This document shows, piece after piece, positions 1 to 13,900 of a DNA stretch of 64,000 nt. A model generated the notes under the pieces. That model saw only the letters and a list, made by a program, of their open reading frames with translations, did no database searches and was not told where the DNA came from. Origin of the DNA: Lama guanicoe (lineage: Eukaryota); the NCBI GenBank assembly GCA_013239625.1, contig MU056000.1:10427175-10491174 (forward strand). Direction: 5' to 3'. The translations under genes and the position numbers were made by a program. Positions within the stretch are counted from its first letter, which is position 1, and every line of letters starts with the position of its first letter.

Positions 1-339
1 TTTTCCTTTTGATAAACCACTTTATCAGATGATTAATTTTGTCAATAACCGCTCCTTAAGTAAACTGTGTTCTAAGTAAGTATAACCCCGTTCTGCTGAC
101 CGAGGAGGGAAATAAAGATCAGAAAATTTGCCCAATCTAGTGGAACGGGCCCTGGGCCAACAGCTGGATTCCAGTCTCGCCCTCCCAAAGCCGTGACCCA
201 TCAGCGGTATGGGCCAGGGAAGGGAATCCTGTCATCTTGCCAGGGGAGGGAAAAGCGACCAGTCCCCTCTCCCACATCATGCCATCAACCAGGTTTCTTT
301 CCTTCCCACTCAATGGGCCTTCGATGTGAGGGATCCGTC

Positions 340-1420
340 CAGATGGAATTCCCAGAATTTTCCGAGAGGCCGCGCTTGCATCCCACCAGAAGCTTCCCGC
401 GCCCCAGAGGAGCAACCAGCGTTTCCGCGCAGCCGGGTCTCAAAACACAGAGGGCGCGGAAAGCCCCGCCCATCCCACCAGACCCCGCCCTCTGGGCCCC
501 GCCCCTTCTAGTCGCGCCCTCCCATTGGCGACCCGGCACGTCAGTCAGCTCCCGCCCGGGGCGGGAGCACAGACCGCGGTCCGCACCCCATCCCTCCCGC
601 GCCCTCCTGCCTCGGGGAAGCGAGCCGGGGCGCCGGCGGGCGGCCGCCGCGTCTGACAGACCCACTGGCCGAGGCTCTGCGCCCGTCGGCAGCGCGCGGC
701 CGGCATGGCGGCGCGGAGGAGCCCTCAGCAGGAGCAGGAGCGGGAGCGGTCTCGCGTCCCCGCCGCAGGTGGGCCCCGGGCCGGGCGGGCCTGGGGGGCG
801 CTCTCCTCCGCCGGCCGTCGGCGCAGCCCAGGGTTTGGGGGTGCGATGCCTGCGCTACGAGGGGTGGGAGCTCCGGGGCGCGCGAGGATCCAGGTGCGCC
901 CCTGACCTGGGCGGGCTGCTCCCACACACACCACCTGCAGGGTTTGGGGGGCCGTCGAGGGTGGAGGTCGTATCTCAATAAGGCACTACAGCCTCGGGAG
1001 GCAGAGCTGTTCCGGGAGAGGCGGCAAGCGACCCGCTGAGGCAGAGCAGACAGGTTCCTGGAAAGAGAAAGCCCTTCCTGCCGTCTGGGGTGGGGTGGGG
1101 GACACAGGCAGTGGTTGGGGTCGGGCCCTGGCGCCCAGGAGCGGCGGTGTCCCCTTCTCGGTGTCCCCTCCAGGAGCTCGATTGTTGTCGGAGGGAAGTA
1201 GACGGGTTTCGCACTTTGCTGGCAGAGGATGTGGCCCACACCTTCGCAGCAATCGAGACTCGATGAGCAGCAGAGAAAATCGGGCTTTTGAAACAGAAAT
1301 GTCACCAGAGACAAGAGTAGCAGCACAGTATGGCCCAGGTCGCTGAGGTCGCGGGCGCAGCACCTGCGTCGCAGAGTCTTCGTCCTCGGCGGCGGGAGCT
1401 GAGCCCTCACTGCACAAGTA
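340..1420. promoter_or_regulatory. OTULINL: CpG island / promoter of OTULINL
   Basis: Very GC- and CpG-rich. Several GC boxes (CCCCGCCC/GGGGCGGG, ~460-565), an inverted CCAAT (ATTGG 524-528) and a CRE-like CACGTCA (537-543) lie upstream of ATG 705. Confidence 0.85.
705..768 (+). CDS. OTULINL: OTULINL (FAM105A) coding exon 1
   Basis: Strong Kozak GGCATGG; encodes MAARRSPQQEQERERSRVPAA(G), resembling the FAM105A N-terminus; donor CAG|GTGGG at 768/769; phase 1 fits exon 2. Confidence 0.93.
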
Positions 1421-4400
1421 AAGGGTGTTTTCCTTCCCATCCTTTCCGTCCCAGGTCTGAGGAAGATGAACATGGCTGCTTCTCAGTTTTGAGGATATTC
1501 CTGGCTCTGTATTTCCCTGGAGGCCACCCCAGGGGTGAGAGCCCTGAATTTTGGGAGCATGCCCGTTCACAGAGTTAGGGCTCTAGGTACTGCAGGGTTT
1601 ATAGGAAGTTGCTAGGACTACTTATTAATTGGGGTTCTTGGTCCCAACTTTTGCTTCACGTAGCAAGCTGTTGGGTGTGGTGGAAAACAGCGCTTGAGTC
1701 AGGACCCAAGTTCTAGACATTGTTCTGCCCAGGACTGTGTGCCTAGAATCCACCACAGCTACGGACTTCTGGATCTTTGTCCACAGATTGAGGCCATCGG
1801 GCTGGCTGATACTCGAGACCCTTCCCAGTCTAGAAATTAACGTACCTCCCACTCTCACAAGTTTGGAGAATGAACTCATTTTTCAGTCTTTCTGCACCTT
1901 CCATTATTATAGAATTAGCCAAATATTTCCTGTGGGTGTATTCATCTGAACTTTTTATTATGTGACTTTCTTCCCTTCTCCCTGCCTTATTTTGGCAGAG
2001 AAATAAGTGGGCATAGCTGGAAAAAGCTGGTTTGGGAGGCGGAAAGGTGTCTACTTTGGGCTTAATGTAATCCCCAGGAATTTTTCCTTCTGATGCACCA
2101 AGTTCAAGGTGTGCCAGCACGGTGAGCGCAGAGAGAATTCTTTCCTCAGCTGCAGCCTATGGGCACTGCAGTTGGCGTGTGGCAGTGGAAGAATGTGATT
2201 CAAGGATCAGGCTATGGAAAAGCTTTTTCTCCAAAACATAATCTCCAAGGACTTAGGAGCATAGTTTCCCTTCTTTGCTAAAAAAAAAAAAGTTTTAAAA
2301 CCAGTTGCCAAAGCTGGGATGGGGACAGTTTTTTAACCTACCCACAAGTCTTTTGGTAAGAGACCACGATTCACTTTTGAGATTAACAGCGAATGTTAAC
2401 AACTAACATTTAACAATAAAAAACACATGAGCAGAAGAAAACCCACAGAACAGGTAGGGATGGAAAGCATTTTTTGGTAGCCATTTTTGCTATTTCTCTT
2501 GAAATATTTAGATATGGAGAATCTTGAATTAACCATTTGTGCACAATATTGTTGGAAAGACAATGTCAGAATCAGAAGATTAGACCGAGAAGAGGCACGG
2601 AAGGCCTGTTGGTGCAGGGCCTCGGGCCCCTGAGAAGACAGGAGGAGCCGGGAAGACCCGAGTAAGCTCACCAATCTCAGCCTACCGCCTGCAGTCTGGC
2701 TAATTTGAGGAGAATGTGCGCCCCACACTCCTCCTGGCTCCTCCTGCCTCTTGCCACCTGCAGGGTTGTTAACTGTTCTGATTGGCTCAGGTGCTGCTGT
2801 GGTTTCTCCTCACTGTCCATCTCCATTTGTTCAGTAGACGAGAGGGTAGAAATGAGGCTGTGAGGTTTCAACCATGTTTTCAAGACCTGCAGGACTCCAC
2901 GTGGTCCCCAGGAGCTGGCTTGGGGGACAGGAATGCCCAGTGTGGGATGGGGAGTCCAACAGCTGTGTCCCCCACTGCAGCTAGACATGGAGCAGCTCTC
3001 CTTGGTTTTTCTTTCTTTCTTTTTTATTTAATTTTTTCTGTTTTATATGCTGTTCTGGCTAAAATTTTTTTTGGGGAAAAGAATCTAATACTAAACAAAA
3101 AGTTTAGAGAGAGTAGTAATGACTGATATTTTCAAGTGCTGCTGTCTCTGTTTATCACATGCGAAGGGCTCAGAACCATGCGTGACCCATGGGAAGCACT
3201 CAGAGGTTAGCTGCTATCCTTATGATTGTCAGTACCTTCCACTATAAGGTAGTTGTTCTTTTTAGCCCCATTTTATGAACTGAGTCACATACAAACTTGT
3301 ATAAGACCCCCGGCTTCCTACCTAGACTGTTCTGTTAATTAAACTGTGAATTCCTCAATATTGTGGATTCCGGTATTGCAGAGCCATTCAAGGGTGATGA
3401 CTTTATGTCTGAAGCAGGTGTTTCTGATGCCCCCATCGCAGTCTTTGGCCTGTTCCCTTGGTAATCACAGGTACTCTCCTGTGCAGGCAGGCGAATTTAC
3501 CTGGTGGGCACTTCTGTGTTTTACCAGAGGATGGGCAACAGATGGGGTGATGAGGATTGTGGGGCACACACCTTCCCTCCTCCACGCCGCCTGCAGAGGG
3601 GTGCTGAGAACTGAGCTTACGCTGGACCCGGGGCCTTCAAGGCCTTTGCTCTCAGGAGCCGACCCCCGAGCAGTGGGCGCTGGCAGTGGCCAGGGTGGCC
3701 TCGGAGGAGAAGTGTGGGCAGCTGCGGTGCTTTGTGTGCCAGTTGTAACCTTAAAGAGAAATATTTTCCCTTTAAAAAATAATTTGAGGGCTTAGGAAAA
3801 AGAAAACAAACACTGCAATTAAAAACACATGCCCACAATAGAACTGCTTAAAACCAAACGGCTCACAGCTGATATTTTTCGCCAGCCTGTTTGTACAACT
3901 TTTATACTTCTATGCTTACATTTCTGTGAGATGGATTAAATGCCAAATAAAATGTAAATTTTGGTTCCATGCGTTTTAGTCAAGTAGAAATTCTTGATTG
4001 GCACAATCACATTTTTTAAAAATTTAATTTGAAAATGAGCTTTTACCTGGCTTGTTGGCCTGGGCGGGTGCTGGCTCGTGTGTCTGCAGCCCTCAGGGCT
4101 GGCCCTGCCACAGTCACAGTGGGGATTTGTGTTCTTTTCATGAGCTGGACACGGAAACACTGTCCTTAGATAGTCTGATGTAACTTTATAGCCACCAGCC
4201 TGCAACACTGGAATGGTCATGGAATTTGCTCAAAGTTTCCAGCTGGTAGGTGGTGGCCAGGATTCAAGCCCTGGCAGCGTGCCTTCACCCACAGCAGGTT
4301 GTTAACCACCCGCCTGCTTCTGACCCCTGCAACAGTTCAGGCTCGAACCTGGGAGCACTTGGTTTCCAAGGTTACCTCATCACATTTAAGCTGTTCTAAA

Positions 4401-7329
4401 GTCAAGTTGGGTTATTTTCAAAACCACTGTTGTTGCTCAGGATAACTCACAGGTCTGGTGTACATGAGAAGAGAGATTTTGAAAAAGTCATCATTATCGA
4501 GCTAAAACTTCGTATGTTGTTCTTTATATGTGGCTTTTAAGTCTCTTATGTACCTTTTAGAGGAGTTAATGGACTAGTGTATTTGACCTTTCTGTCCTGT
4601 CCACTTGAATCCTCTGGTAAATGTTGAGTTATTTAGGACAGTGTTCTCAGAACTGAAGTTGTATACACATTTGTTGGTTTGTAATTAATTTGATGGAAGA
4701 ACATTTAAATGTCACTTTACAGTGAATCAACAGGGAAAAGTTTTTGTTTACACACTCATTTTTGCAGTGATCTTTTGTTGTAGTCTTACTCCATTTTTTT
4801 CTGTTTTTTTTCCAGTTAATTGAGCCAGAATAGACAGGTGCTATCAGGTTTAAAATATGAGGATAATAAAATGTTTATGTTCATTTCTAGGAGACTAAGG
4901 AGTGTTGTCTGTTAATACTGTTGCTGGGATTCCCAGATAATAAACAAAAATCCCAGAAGCTGTGGCATGGAAAATGCTACTCTCAATGAATCTCTGAATT
5001 AAGAATTTAATAGTAAGTCTTTTATTGTTGATTTAACCATGTGACTCTGAGCCTGTGTGGAGTTGTTGGATGATAGATAATAATTTAACACACTTTGTTA
5101 GCTCTTTCTCTGCTTGCTCTGTTACTGATTTTTAAGGAATATTAATTAGGGTTCATGTTCTGGCAGAGGGAGTGATAATGTAATTGTAAATCGGTTTCTC
5201 CAGAGAGTCATGTCCCAATTCAGGGAGAAGCAGAATCTGAGCCCCCTTCCCTCAAGTGCCAGCAGCTGCCTCAGATCCCTGGGCTTGGTATCTTGGGAAG
5301 GGGGTGCCCAGTGCCTGCGGCCCCCGGACTAGTAAGATGCCTTCCCCACCTCGCCTGGCCTGGCCTGCCGGCGCCCGCACTCTGGGGGCGGGGGGCCTCC
5401 GTGCCTGCCTCAGAGATCAAGTTGGACTTAAGATGTCGAGGCCGGAACAGCCAGAAGGGACCTAGCAGACTGGAGGTCCTAGTCTTAGCTGGTCAGACAG
5501 GCTGTCCTGGAGGCGTCGCCCAGGCCTGGGGTGGGGAGCCAGGAGCCCAGGACCATCCTCAACCCTTTCTGTAAATCTTGTTAATTGTAAATCAAATATG
5601 GCTGTCTTTTTCACTCTGAAAAAAAAAAGTATCCTGCCCTCTCTTGTGCCCATTACCATGGGCATGAGCCCCTGCTCCCTCTAGGTTTGGGGAGCCTCGG
5701 GGTCACACACCAGTTCCCGAGTGGCCCAGAGTGGAGGTGGGCAGGGAGCTGGTGGGGGAAGCTGGTCGGGAATGTGACCTGAACCCTGTGTGTCTCTCCC
5801 CTAAGTTGGCGCAGAGAGGGTTCCCTGGAGCATTTAGTCTCCCGCGTTGAAGAGAAGTGGACTGAACTTCTTGCCTGGTGAAAAGAGACACCCTTTCCCG
5901 GGTCTTAGAGTAACCCGGGTCTTAGAGGTGCCTTGGGGGTCGATGGGTCGAACTGTGACAAGGGGGCCTCAACGTTGCTGTGCAATCTCTAAAACGACAA
6001 GAAACCTGAGTGCCCTGTATCCCTGAGGTGGCCGGCCAGGACAGATGGAAATGCCGGGGAGGAAGCAGAGCGGCTGATAGGATTGGGGTGGAGGGAAGGG
6101 GGTGGAGGGAGAGATGACCCCCATGGGCGGTGGGGGGCAAGCAGGGTCACCGGTCACATCCAGATGTGAAGGGCTGGATGCCACCCATGTTAGCAGCGAG
6201 ATCAGCTCATTGTCATTTTACTTGGCACTTAACAAATGAAGTTGGAGTTCAGGTCATAGCTCAGGCTGGCTGCTCACCTTGAAATGCAAACATAGCCCAT
6301 GGAACTATTAATACAAATGTTGGGCCCCTTAATTTTGCGCCTGAAGCAGGGCAAGGCTCGGGTGTAGGGGTTCCTTCCTCTGAAATCTGTAGGAGAGAGA
6401 AAACTCACTTGAACTGAGAGTTTTTTAGGTCAGTTTTATCCATGGTGTATCCCTCTGTTTTGTTGCTTGAAGGTATTTGTTAAACTCAGTTTTGGGTACT
6501 CAGCTGATTGTCATGACAGAGGACTGGTATAACCACCTCTTGTAGACCTACTTTGCACTATTCGTTCCTCATGCAGTGATATTCCAGCATCTTCTCCCAC
6601 ATGCGCTTCATTTGTTCACAGTTTGGAGCCTGGAACACATGATGCTATAGTTCTCCCTCCCCCTCCCCCTCCAGGCTTCTCAACCTTCCTTTTTTTTTTT
6701 TTTCCTCTTGCTGTCGTTTTTAAACTGGTCACGTCCACAGAATCCCTTGTGGAAGAGGCTCTTTATCAAAACTCCGCTTTCAGGTCAGCTGGTGTAGTAG
6801 ATCTGCGAACTCGGCACACACGTCTGAGGTTGGCGTATTTGCTGGCGTCTGTCAAGATAGCCTGTATCTTCTGCACACGCTCAGGGTATCTTTCCTGTGG
6901 TGCAAGTTTTGAGTAATGCTTTGGTTTACTTTAGCTTCAGTTATTTCACAACTACATAAAACCCTGTGCCTTGTGCCCCAATGTGACCATTCCACCAACA
7001 TAACTTTGAAACACGTTAACATAAAGAGGCCTTCGGGGGGTGGAGGGAAAATGGTGGTTAATGGCCTGGCCTCCTTGTATTGGTTTATAAGGGAGGAAGC
7101 TGAGGTCTAGAGCTGCTGGGCTCTTTAGGACCAGACTGGGAGTTCCTCACTCCCTGGTGCCTGCTTATTCCACTACCTGGAAACCATGCCTCTAGATGAC
7201 CGCCTTACAGCCTCACCCCCTGCTTTATATTTACCTGGGTGTAATTAGGGAAAAGGAAAACACCCTGATGGCTCATTGTTTCTGACCTACGTGTTAAAAG
7301 TCAGAAGGGACCAGCAAGATAGAAGCTCT

Positions 7330-7790
7330 TAGGTAAGATTAGGTATGGTGGAATAAAAGAACAACTCCAGATAAGTGAATCGAGTTTACTCCTCTCATGG
7401 CAAAGCTCAGAGGTGGCTCTCCAGGACTGCAATGGGCTCCAGAGTATCAGAGATCCAGACTCCTTCCTCTTGGTTTCCACTGTGCATGGTTTTCACGCCC
7501 ACAGCTACTTCCTGATCCAAGATGGCTGCTGAACATCTGTCATCACACTTACATTCCAGCTGGTAAGGAGGAGGAAGGGCAAGGAGTCCACACCCCTCTC
7601 AACAAAGCCTTTTGAAAACTACACATAACACTTCTTACGGAGAAGTCACTCACATGGCTGTGGCCAGCAAGTAGGGAGGGTGGAAAGTGGCTTTTATTCC
7701 GAGTAATGATGTATCCAGCTGAAAGTCAGGATTCTGTTTCTGTGGAAGAAGACAGAACAGATACTGGGGGAAGTGGGCAGTCTCTGCTGT
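7330..7790 (-). mobile_element. Old MaLR LTR (MLT1J-like)
   Basis: Diagnostic motifs TCCAAGATGGCTGCTG, CACATGGC, CCAGCTGAAAGTCAGGATTCTGTT; subfamily from recall. Confidence 0.55.
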
Positions 7791-7852
7791 GGAGACACAT
7801 GGACTGAGTCCTGACTACACCGATTCATTTTATTTATTCAACAAATATTTCA

Positions 7853-7972
7853 CATGCTTAGCATGCAGGAGGTCCTGGGTTCGATCCCCAGTACCTCCTC
7901 TAAAAATAAATAAAAATAAACCTAGTTACCTCCCTTCCCCAAAAAAGTAAAATAAAATAAATTTAAAAAAAT
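7853..7972 (+). mobile_element. 5'-truncated camelid-type tRNA-derived SINE (Vic-1-like) within an L2 remnant
   Basis: CATGCTTAGCATGCAGGAGGTCCTGGGTTCGATCCCCAGTACCTCC (B-box) plus AAAT-rich tail; matches the full copy at 57268. Flanks resemble the L2 3' end (ATTCAACAAATATTT...TACTATGTGCC). Confidence 0.8.
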
Positions 7973-8794
7973 GTATTACCTGTCTACTATGTGCCTCGGC
8001 ACCAAAAAGCAGAGAAAAAATAGACACAATTTCAGTCCTTAAGACATTTACCTACTCAGGGAAACAGACACTAATCAAACACAAACACCGTTGAATAAAC
8101 TGTGATAAGTGCTGTGAAGGAAAAGGACACCCTGTGCTGTGAGGGAGCATAACGGGGATTCGATCAAGCCTGGGGGCTAGGATTGGGTTGGGGAAGCTTT
8201 GCCGCAGGAAGTAACATTTGAGCTGAGAGCTTGAGAATCAGTAGAGTGAGGAGTATTCCAGACAAGGGAAAAGCAGGGGCAGAGGCCAGCGAGAGGCAGG
8301 AGTGAGCCCTGCTGGAGGAACTGAAGGCGGCCCGTCTCCTTGGAGTGAGAGGAAGAGGTAAGAGACAGGGAAGAATCAGGGTCAGGCTGTGGGGGGGCCC
8401 TGGAGGTAGGGCAACCACCCATCCCGGTTTGCATGGGACCCAGGATGTCCTTGGATGAGGGACTTTCAGTGCTAAAACTGGGAGAGTCCTTGGAGGTCAC
8501 ATTAATAGTTGGTTTCCTTTATTATTAATTTCAGCAAAGTTCCTTGTTAGGTAGGCATAGCTCCCAGCTGTAGAAAAACAGCAATTGACCAGAAAAAGTC
8601 ATCCCTCACCCTGGCCAGAGGGAAAGAGTTCAGAACACAGGGAGCACTTCCTTGTAGCTGGGTTACATGACCAGTGAGACGCTTCCTTATCTGGCGTGAT
8701 TTCTCCTAACGGTAATCATGGAAATTAATTGGCGTGTGATAATGTATCTGAGTGTAATGTAACCAACAACCACGGCTGGAGGAAGCCCTGACTT

Positions 8795-9075
8795 CAGAGC
8801 AGTGATTCTCAGCACCAGGGATACACTGGCATCACCTGGGAGCTTAGAAAAAAGACGGGGGTCTGGGCTGCAAGCCAATAGATCAGAAAATCCACAGGAG
8901 GAGCCAGGCCAAGTGTGCTCCTCTCCTCCGGAGCAGCGCCTCTCAGACCTGGGTGTGTGCGTGAATCGCTGGGGCACTTGTAGATCCGGGATTCTGCTTC
9001 CGTGGGGCCCGAGGATCTGTATCTCTGAGTGCGCAGGTGGCAGTGATGTTGCCAGTCCACAGACATCGAGCACAA
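8795..9075. mobile_element. MER5-like hAT DNA transposon fragments
   Basis: CAGTGATTCTCA... and ATCACCTGGGAGCTT...; GGGGCCCGAGGATCTGTATCTCTG motifs. Confidence 0.45.
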
Positions 9076-10414
9076 TGCTCTGTAATGTTTGACGAGTTTG
9101 TTTTGAAGCCACTGGTTTCTTTTTAGGAGAGTGGATCTAAAGCACCAGGAGAAGGTAGATGGGTCCGTGAGAGGAGGGAGAGGATGAGGCTGGCGGAGGA
9201 GGGCGGGAGGCCTGCCCTGGGCTGCCCTCCGCAGGGGGCCCATCCCGACTCCTCAGCTGGTTCCCGCGGTGGCTGGGCTTACAAGGTGAGGCCGGTTCCT
9301 GGTTCCGGGAGAACCAGCTCTCCGAGGCCTCTGGCTGGGACGGCGCAATAGGTGGTGCATCTGTGCCTCTTACACTGGTTTAGGGGCCCTTCCAGCCCAT
9401 GTCCCTGGCCGCCGGGATGCGGGTCTCTCCTACAAGTAAGAAAAGCCAGAAAGATTTTTAAATAAAAGATGACACATCCATTGAATGTGAAAAGCAAAAC
9501 AAAACAAAACAGCAAACACACACCGCCGCCTTCAGAGTGGAAAACGGCTTTGGAGGAGGGAAGCCAATTAGAAGGATTAGTAACCATTAGCGACAGAGGC
9601 CTAAAGACTCATTATGGAAACATCACTGCGGGCCGAAAGTGAAGCGTGGCTTGCCTCAGAGTTCCCTTTAGTTCTCTCTGGGTCACACGTTCACAAATGA
9701 TTTGTGTTGGGATGTGGAAAACAAGCTTGATCTTTAAAGGTCTAAGAGTTAAGAGCTGGACAGTGCATCACGAAAGCCATGGCAGCTCGCGGCAGTAAGG
9801 CGAGTCCGGTAACGTGACATTTAGCAGGGATGTGTGTCAGCGCAGAACTTGTGCACGTGAGCTGGGTAACCCCTTGCTTCCCTTCCCAGGTTCTGAAATG
9901 ACTGAAAGGTGGACACAGGAGTCAGGGACTTTTTAAATGTCAGCTCGGTAATAAAACCCATCATGTCTTAGTTGTGTGGCCAGATGGGCTTGTTAGTGGT
10001 GCATGCGCCGCACTCACCCCTGGAAGGTCAGGCCTCTCTCCCACAGAGACAGCCGCCCCAGGGCACCTCCCAGCGGGCAGGCAGAGCGGGGAGGAGCGGA
10101 GAGGGCTGAGCTGAGCAGATGCTCTGACACCTGCCATCAGATAAGGCTCCTTCCCTCTGGCAGGAGTAAGGAGGGAGAGAGGTGGGTGGAGGCCAGTGCC
10201 AGGTCTCCAGGAAGGGTCTTCCATCTGGAGGTTTGAGCGGGATGAAAGTGCCTGCCCCCTCCAATTCAGCAAATGGGGAGACGCACCCCAGCAACTGGCC
10301 TAGAGGGCTTTAGGCTGACGGCAGGCTGCACGTGAGCTGATGGCCTTTTTATTTCTCAGCCAATCAATACAAATACAATCACAGGCAGCATCAATTTGAA
10401 TGCATCCTCTAGAA

Positions 10415-10739
10415 CAAGGTTTGTCCAACTCGGCGCATGGGCCGAATCCGTCCAGCTCAGTTTTTATACGGCCTACGACCTATGAATGCTTTTTACATTT
10501 TTTAATGTTTGGAAAAAAATCAGAAGACGCCCACTATTTGCTGACATGTAAAACTTACATGAAATTCAAATTTCAGTGTCCATAAAAATGTTTTCTTGGA
10601 ACACTGCCCTGCTGTGTATTGTCTGATGGCTGCTGCCACTCTGTCGGGGCAGATGTGAGTAGCTGGGACAGAGACCAGATGGCTGGAGATGCCTGAAGTA
10701 CATACTTCCTGACCCTGAGCAGAGAACTTGCTGACTCCC
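10415..10739. mobile_element. MER58(B)-like hAT-Charlie MITE
   Basis: CAAGGTTTGTCCAACT start, internal ATGAAATTCAAATTTCAGTGTCCATAAA, TTGCTGACTCCC end. Confidence 0.7.
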
Positions 10740-13700
10740 AAAGGAGAATGAAGAAGTGGTCATGTCGCTGAATTCTCTCCGGGTCGGGTCACACTCAGGA
10801 CATCGTGTTCTGACCTGCGTTCTCCCTTCTGTGTGGAGCGGGTCCCAGGAAGTGACGGAGCTGATGAAGGGACCCCCTGACCAAACCATGTCATGTGAGG
10901 ACTGGTGGAAGGGACGGGGCGTGTTTGATCTAGAAGAGAAAGTCACAGTGGAAGTGACAGCTGCCTTCTGAGTTTGTGCTTATTAATTGTTTTGAATTCT
11001 TGGAACAGTTACTCAGGGAAGGCAGTTGTGTAGTTAATTCAAAGGGCACTGACCTTGAGTTAGAACATGTGGGTTCAAGTTCAGGCTTCTGCTTGCTTTC
11101 CCTGGGCTTTAAAGATGCAGTGTGCATGTGACAGCCCATCAGGTGGCCAGGTCCACAGTGAACTGAGGTTCAGCTTTCATCTCAGAGGGGCTTCTGGCCA
11201 GTAGGGGACACAGTTGTGAATACCCCGAACTGGAAACGACCTGCAGTGCAGATGGTGTGCAGAGGGTGAATCTAGGGACAGATTTGTTCTGCTGAGGGGC
11301 TGGTGTGAATCAGGCCTTGGAGAACAAGCAGGATTCCAGCCCCTTCGGCCCAAAGCATCCTGTGATTCTGTGAAAGATCTAAAAGGTTATTGCATGGAAG
11401 AGGAATCGGAGGTGTTCCTCGTGACCCCAGGTAGTAACAATTCAAGTTATGGCGACATATGAAGCACCTGCGTGCTCTTCCTGTGGAATCCACAGCAAGA
11501 GACTTCAGAAGCGTAGTTTTTTGGTACCTGGGCAGCTGGTGATCATTGGTCCTGGTGCCCCGACTTATAAGTCTGAAATAAAAGGGGAATTAAAAAAAAA
11601 AAGTTGTGGTGACAGATCTGGTCACACTAGCCTTTTGCTTAAAACCTGGCGAGGCCTTACCTTGTTCCTCAGTCTGACATCAGCATCTCTAAGGGGATCT
11701 AGAGGCCCTGCTGCCCTGAGCCTTGCAGGCCCCTTCCTTTTCCCGTCTGTGCTCTGGGTCTCCGCCCTGCCTCACATCCTTGGGGAAGCCTCCCCGGACT
11801 CCGGTCCAGGTCAGGTCCCCACGTTACCGCTTGTCCTCGGGAGCGCTGCCTTGTCATGCTCCAGATACACTAGGACAGTCCCTCCGTGTGTGAAACAGTG
11901 CGGCCACCGCTGTGGCACCAGCTCTTGGCCCAGTGCCTGGCCCACTGGAACAGCTTCACCTGTAGTCAGAGAATAATGATAGATTTGACCGACAGAGAGG
12001 GAGACATAATGAAAAGGAAAGGGACTCCCTCCCGAGGGCGAGGCCCACCCTGAGACATGTGGAGACACAGGTCATGACGTGATGGAGGCAGATGGCGCTG
12101 GGACTCCGCCGAGAGCTGGCCGGTGTGTAGTGCCTGTGTGATCACGAGCACGCTCAGGGCTCATAGTGTTTGCTTTTCAGCAGTCCAGCCCTCTGTCACC
12201 ACTGTGGGTCTGCGCCGTTGGGAAGACTTTGGGGATCACTGAGGCCAAGTGATTTGTCTGCGGTCCTGCAGCTGGAAAATAGAGTCCTGGGCTTGTTCCG
12301 CCAGTCTGCTGTCCCCACCAGGCCAGGGCCAGGGCGCCTGCCAGGCTGGATAAAGTGACCTGGAGTTTTGGGACTCCCCGGAGAAGGAATTATAGCTTGC
12401 TCTCCAATGAACACTCATTCCACCTACAGCTTTTGTGTGTTTGTAGCTGGGTTGGTTTTAAACCTGCTCCACACAGTTCGAAAATTAAAGTGGTGGGTTG
12501 CATTGAACATGCCTCAAGATGTGCCCAGTACATGAAAAAACACCGAGCCATGATCTTATGAAAAACACGCACATAGTCCTGCCAGCATTTGGCAAGGAGC
12601 AGTTCCCTGATGCTTTTGCTGACTCTTGGCTGGCGACAGCCTTGGGGGACGCGTGCCCAGGCCTGTGGGATTGTGCGAGGAGCACTGTTCAGTTGGTTGC
12701 ATGACGGGGCTACCATTGGGTGTCTCGCTGGTCATGACTCTCAAGATAAAAAGCTTTCCCGCTGGTGGTTCTCTTCCTCAGTGATACTGATCTTGTAGTT
12801 GTGGGTTGCAGCACATTGTTAAGTGGGAGACCGTTGTTCCTGTGCTGAGCAGGATTAATACCTGAAATACAGAAGCGTAGAAAGTCTTTTGACCTCACTA
12901 TTTCAAAGACTGGTTAAAAGGATATGTGTTCCGAATATTTCCCCCATAGTGGATACAAAAGCAACCACCTCACCTATGGTTTTGCAAGAGTCTTTTCATT
13001 GTGCTGTGCTGACTTTCAGAATGTCTCGCAGTCTCCCTGTGCTCTAAATTATTCAGAAGCCTTGACGGCCTCACAGGATCTGTTCTCTGTGTTCATCATT
13101 CTGTGTGCATATTGCTTAGCTGAAGTGCTTGGACCAATGCAGCATAGTTTGCTTTATCCTTGAGCCCGAGTTTCTCAGAACTCACCTCCAGGAGAGATGG
13201 CCCACCTGAGCATCCAGCGCACGGGGCCTGGCCTGGTGTTATTCTGTGTCCTGGCCAGACCCTGTCCCAAGGCTGTGTTAACCTGTGGGCCCGGACACGC
13301 TGCCCGGTAGCCCTTCCTGACCAGAGGGCATTGTGCCACCAGACCGTGAGCTCCCTGGAGCCAAGGCCTGTGTCTTCTCACTTCACTGCCTGCCAACCCG
13401 GCGTGGCGCCCAGTCCAGGGTGGGAAGAGGTAGTGGAACCAGAGGGCAAGGGGCAGGAGGGAGGAGGGGCTTCCTGGGCCTCCTGGTCCACTGTACCTGG
13501 TGGTCTCAGTTGACATCTCTCAGCAGTGCCCCGGCCTGCCACAGAGGTGTGCTCGGCCATTCCGGGCTGGCTGCCTCTCCCACCCCCTTATCCTGTTTGC
13601 ATCCTAACCCCTCCGTCTCTCTCTTAACCCCCTACTCTCTCATTTCTTGCTAGTTAGCCAGAATATGGCATTGCAGCCAAGAGAAATATCTGTTGTGTTT

Positions 13701-13749
13701 ATTAAATTCAATGTAGTATTTTTTACTTTAAAGTGTTTTTGATTTTTAT

Positions 13750-13900
13750 TTTGTTTTCACTAGATTACCAGTTTATTATAAAGAGATATAAGTCAGGAAC
13801 AGCCAGATGGAAGAGGTGTATGGGGTGAGGTGTGTAGGACGGTGCGCAGAGCTGCCATGCCCTCTGGGCAGGCCACCCTCCCCACGCCTCCGCCGTGAAG
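13750..13900. mobile_element. MER21-like LTR fragment
   Basis: CTAGATTACCAGTTTATTATAAAG...CAGGAACAGCCAGATGGAAGAG...GCCATGCCCTCT...GCCACCCTCCCA; family from recall. Confidence 0.5.

Noticed and set aside
193..1570. Long overlapping ORFs (262, 310 and 194 aa) around OTULINL exon 1
   Set aside because: Low-complexity Arg/Pro/Gly/Ala translations expected from stop-poor CpG islands; no recognisable domain.
5897..5927. 14-bp direct repeat CCCGGGTCTTAGAG x2
   Set aside because: Simple local micro-duplication with only two units; no array structure.
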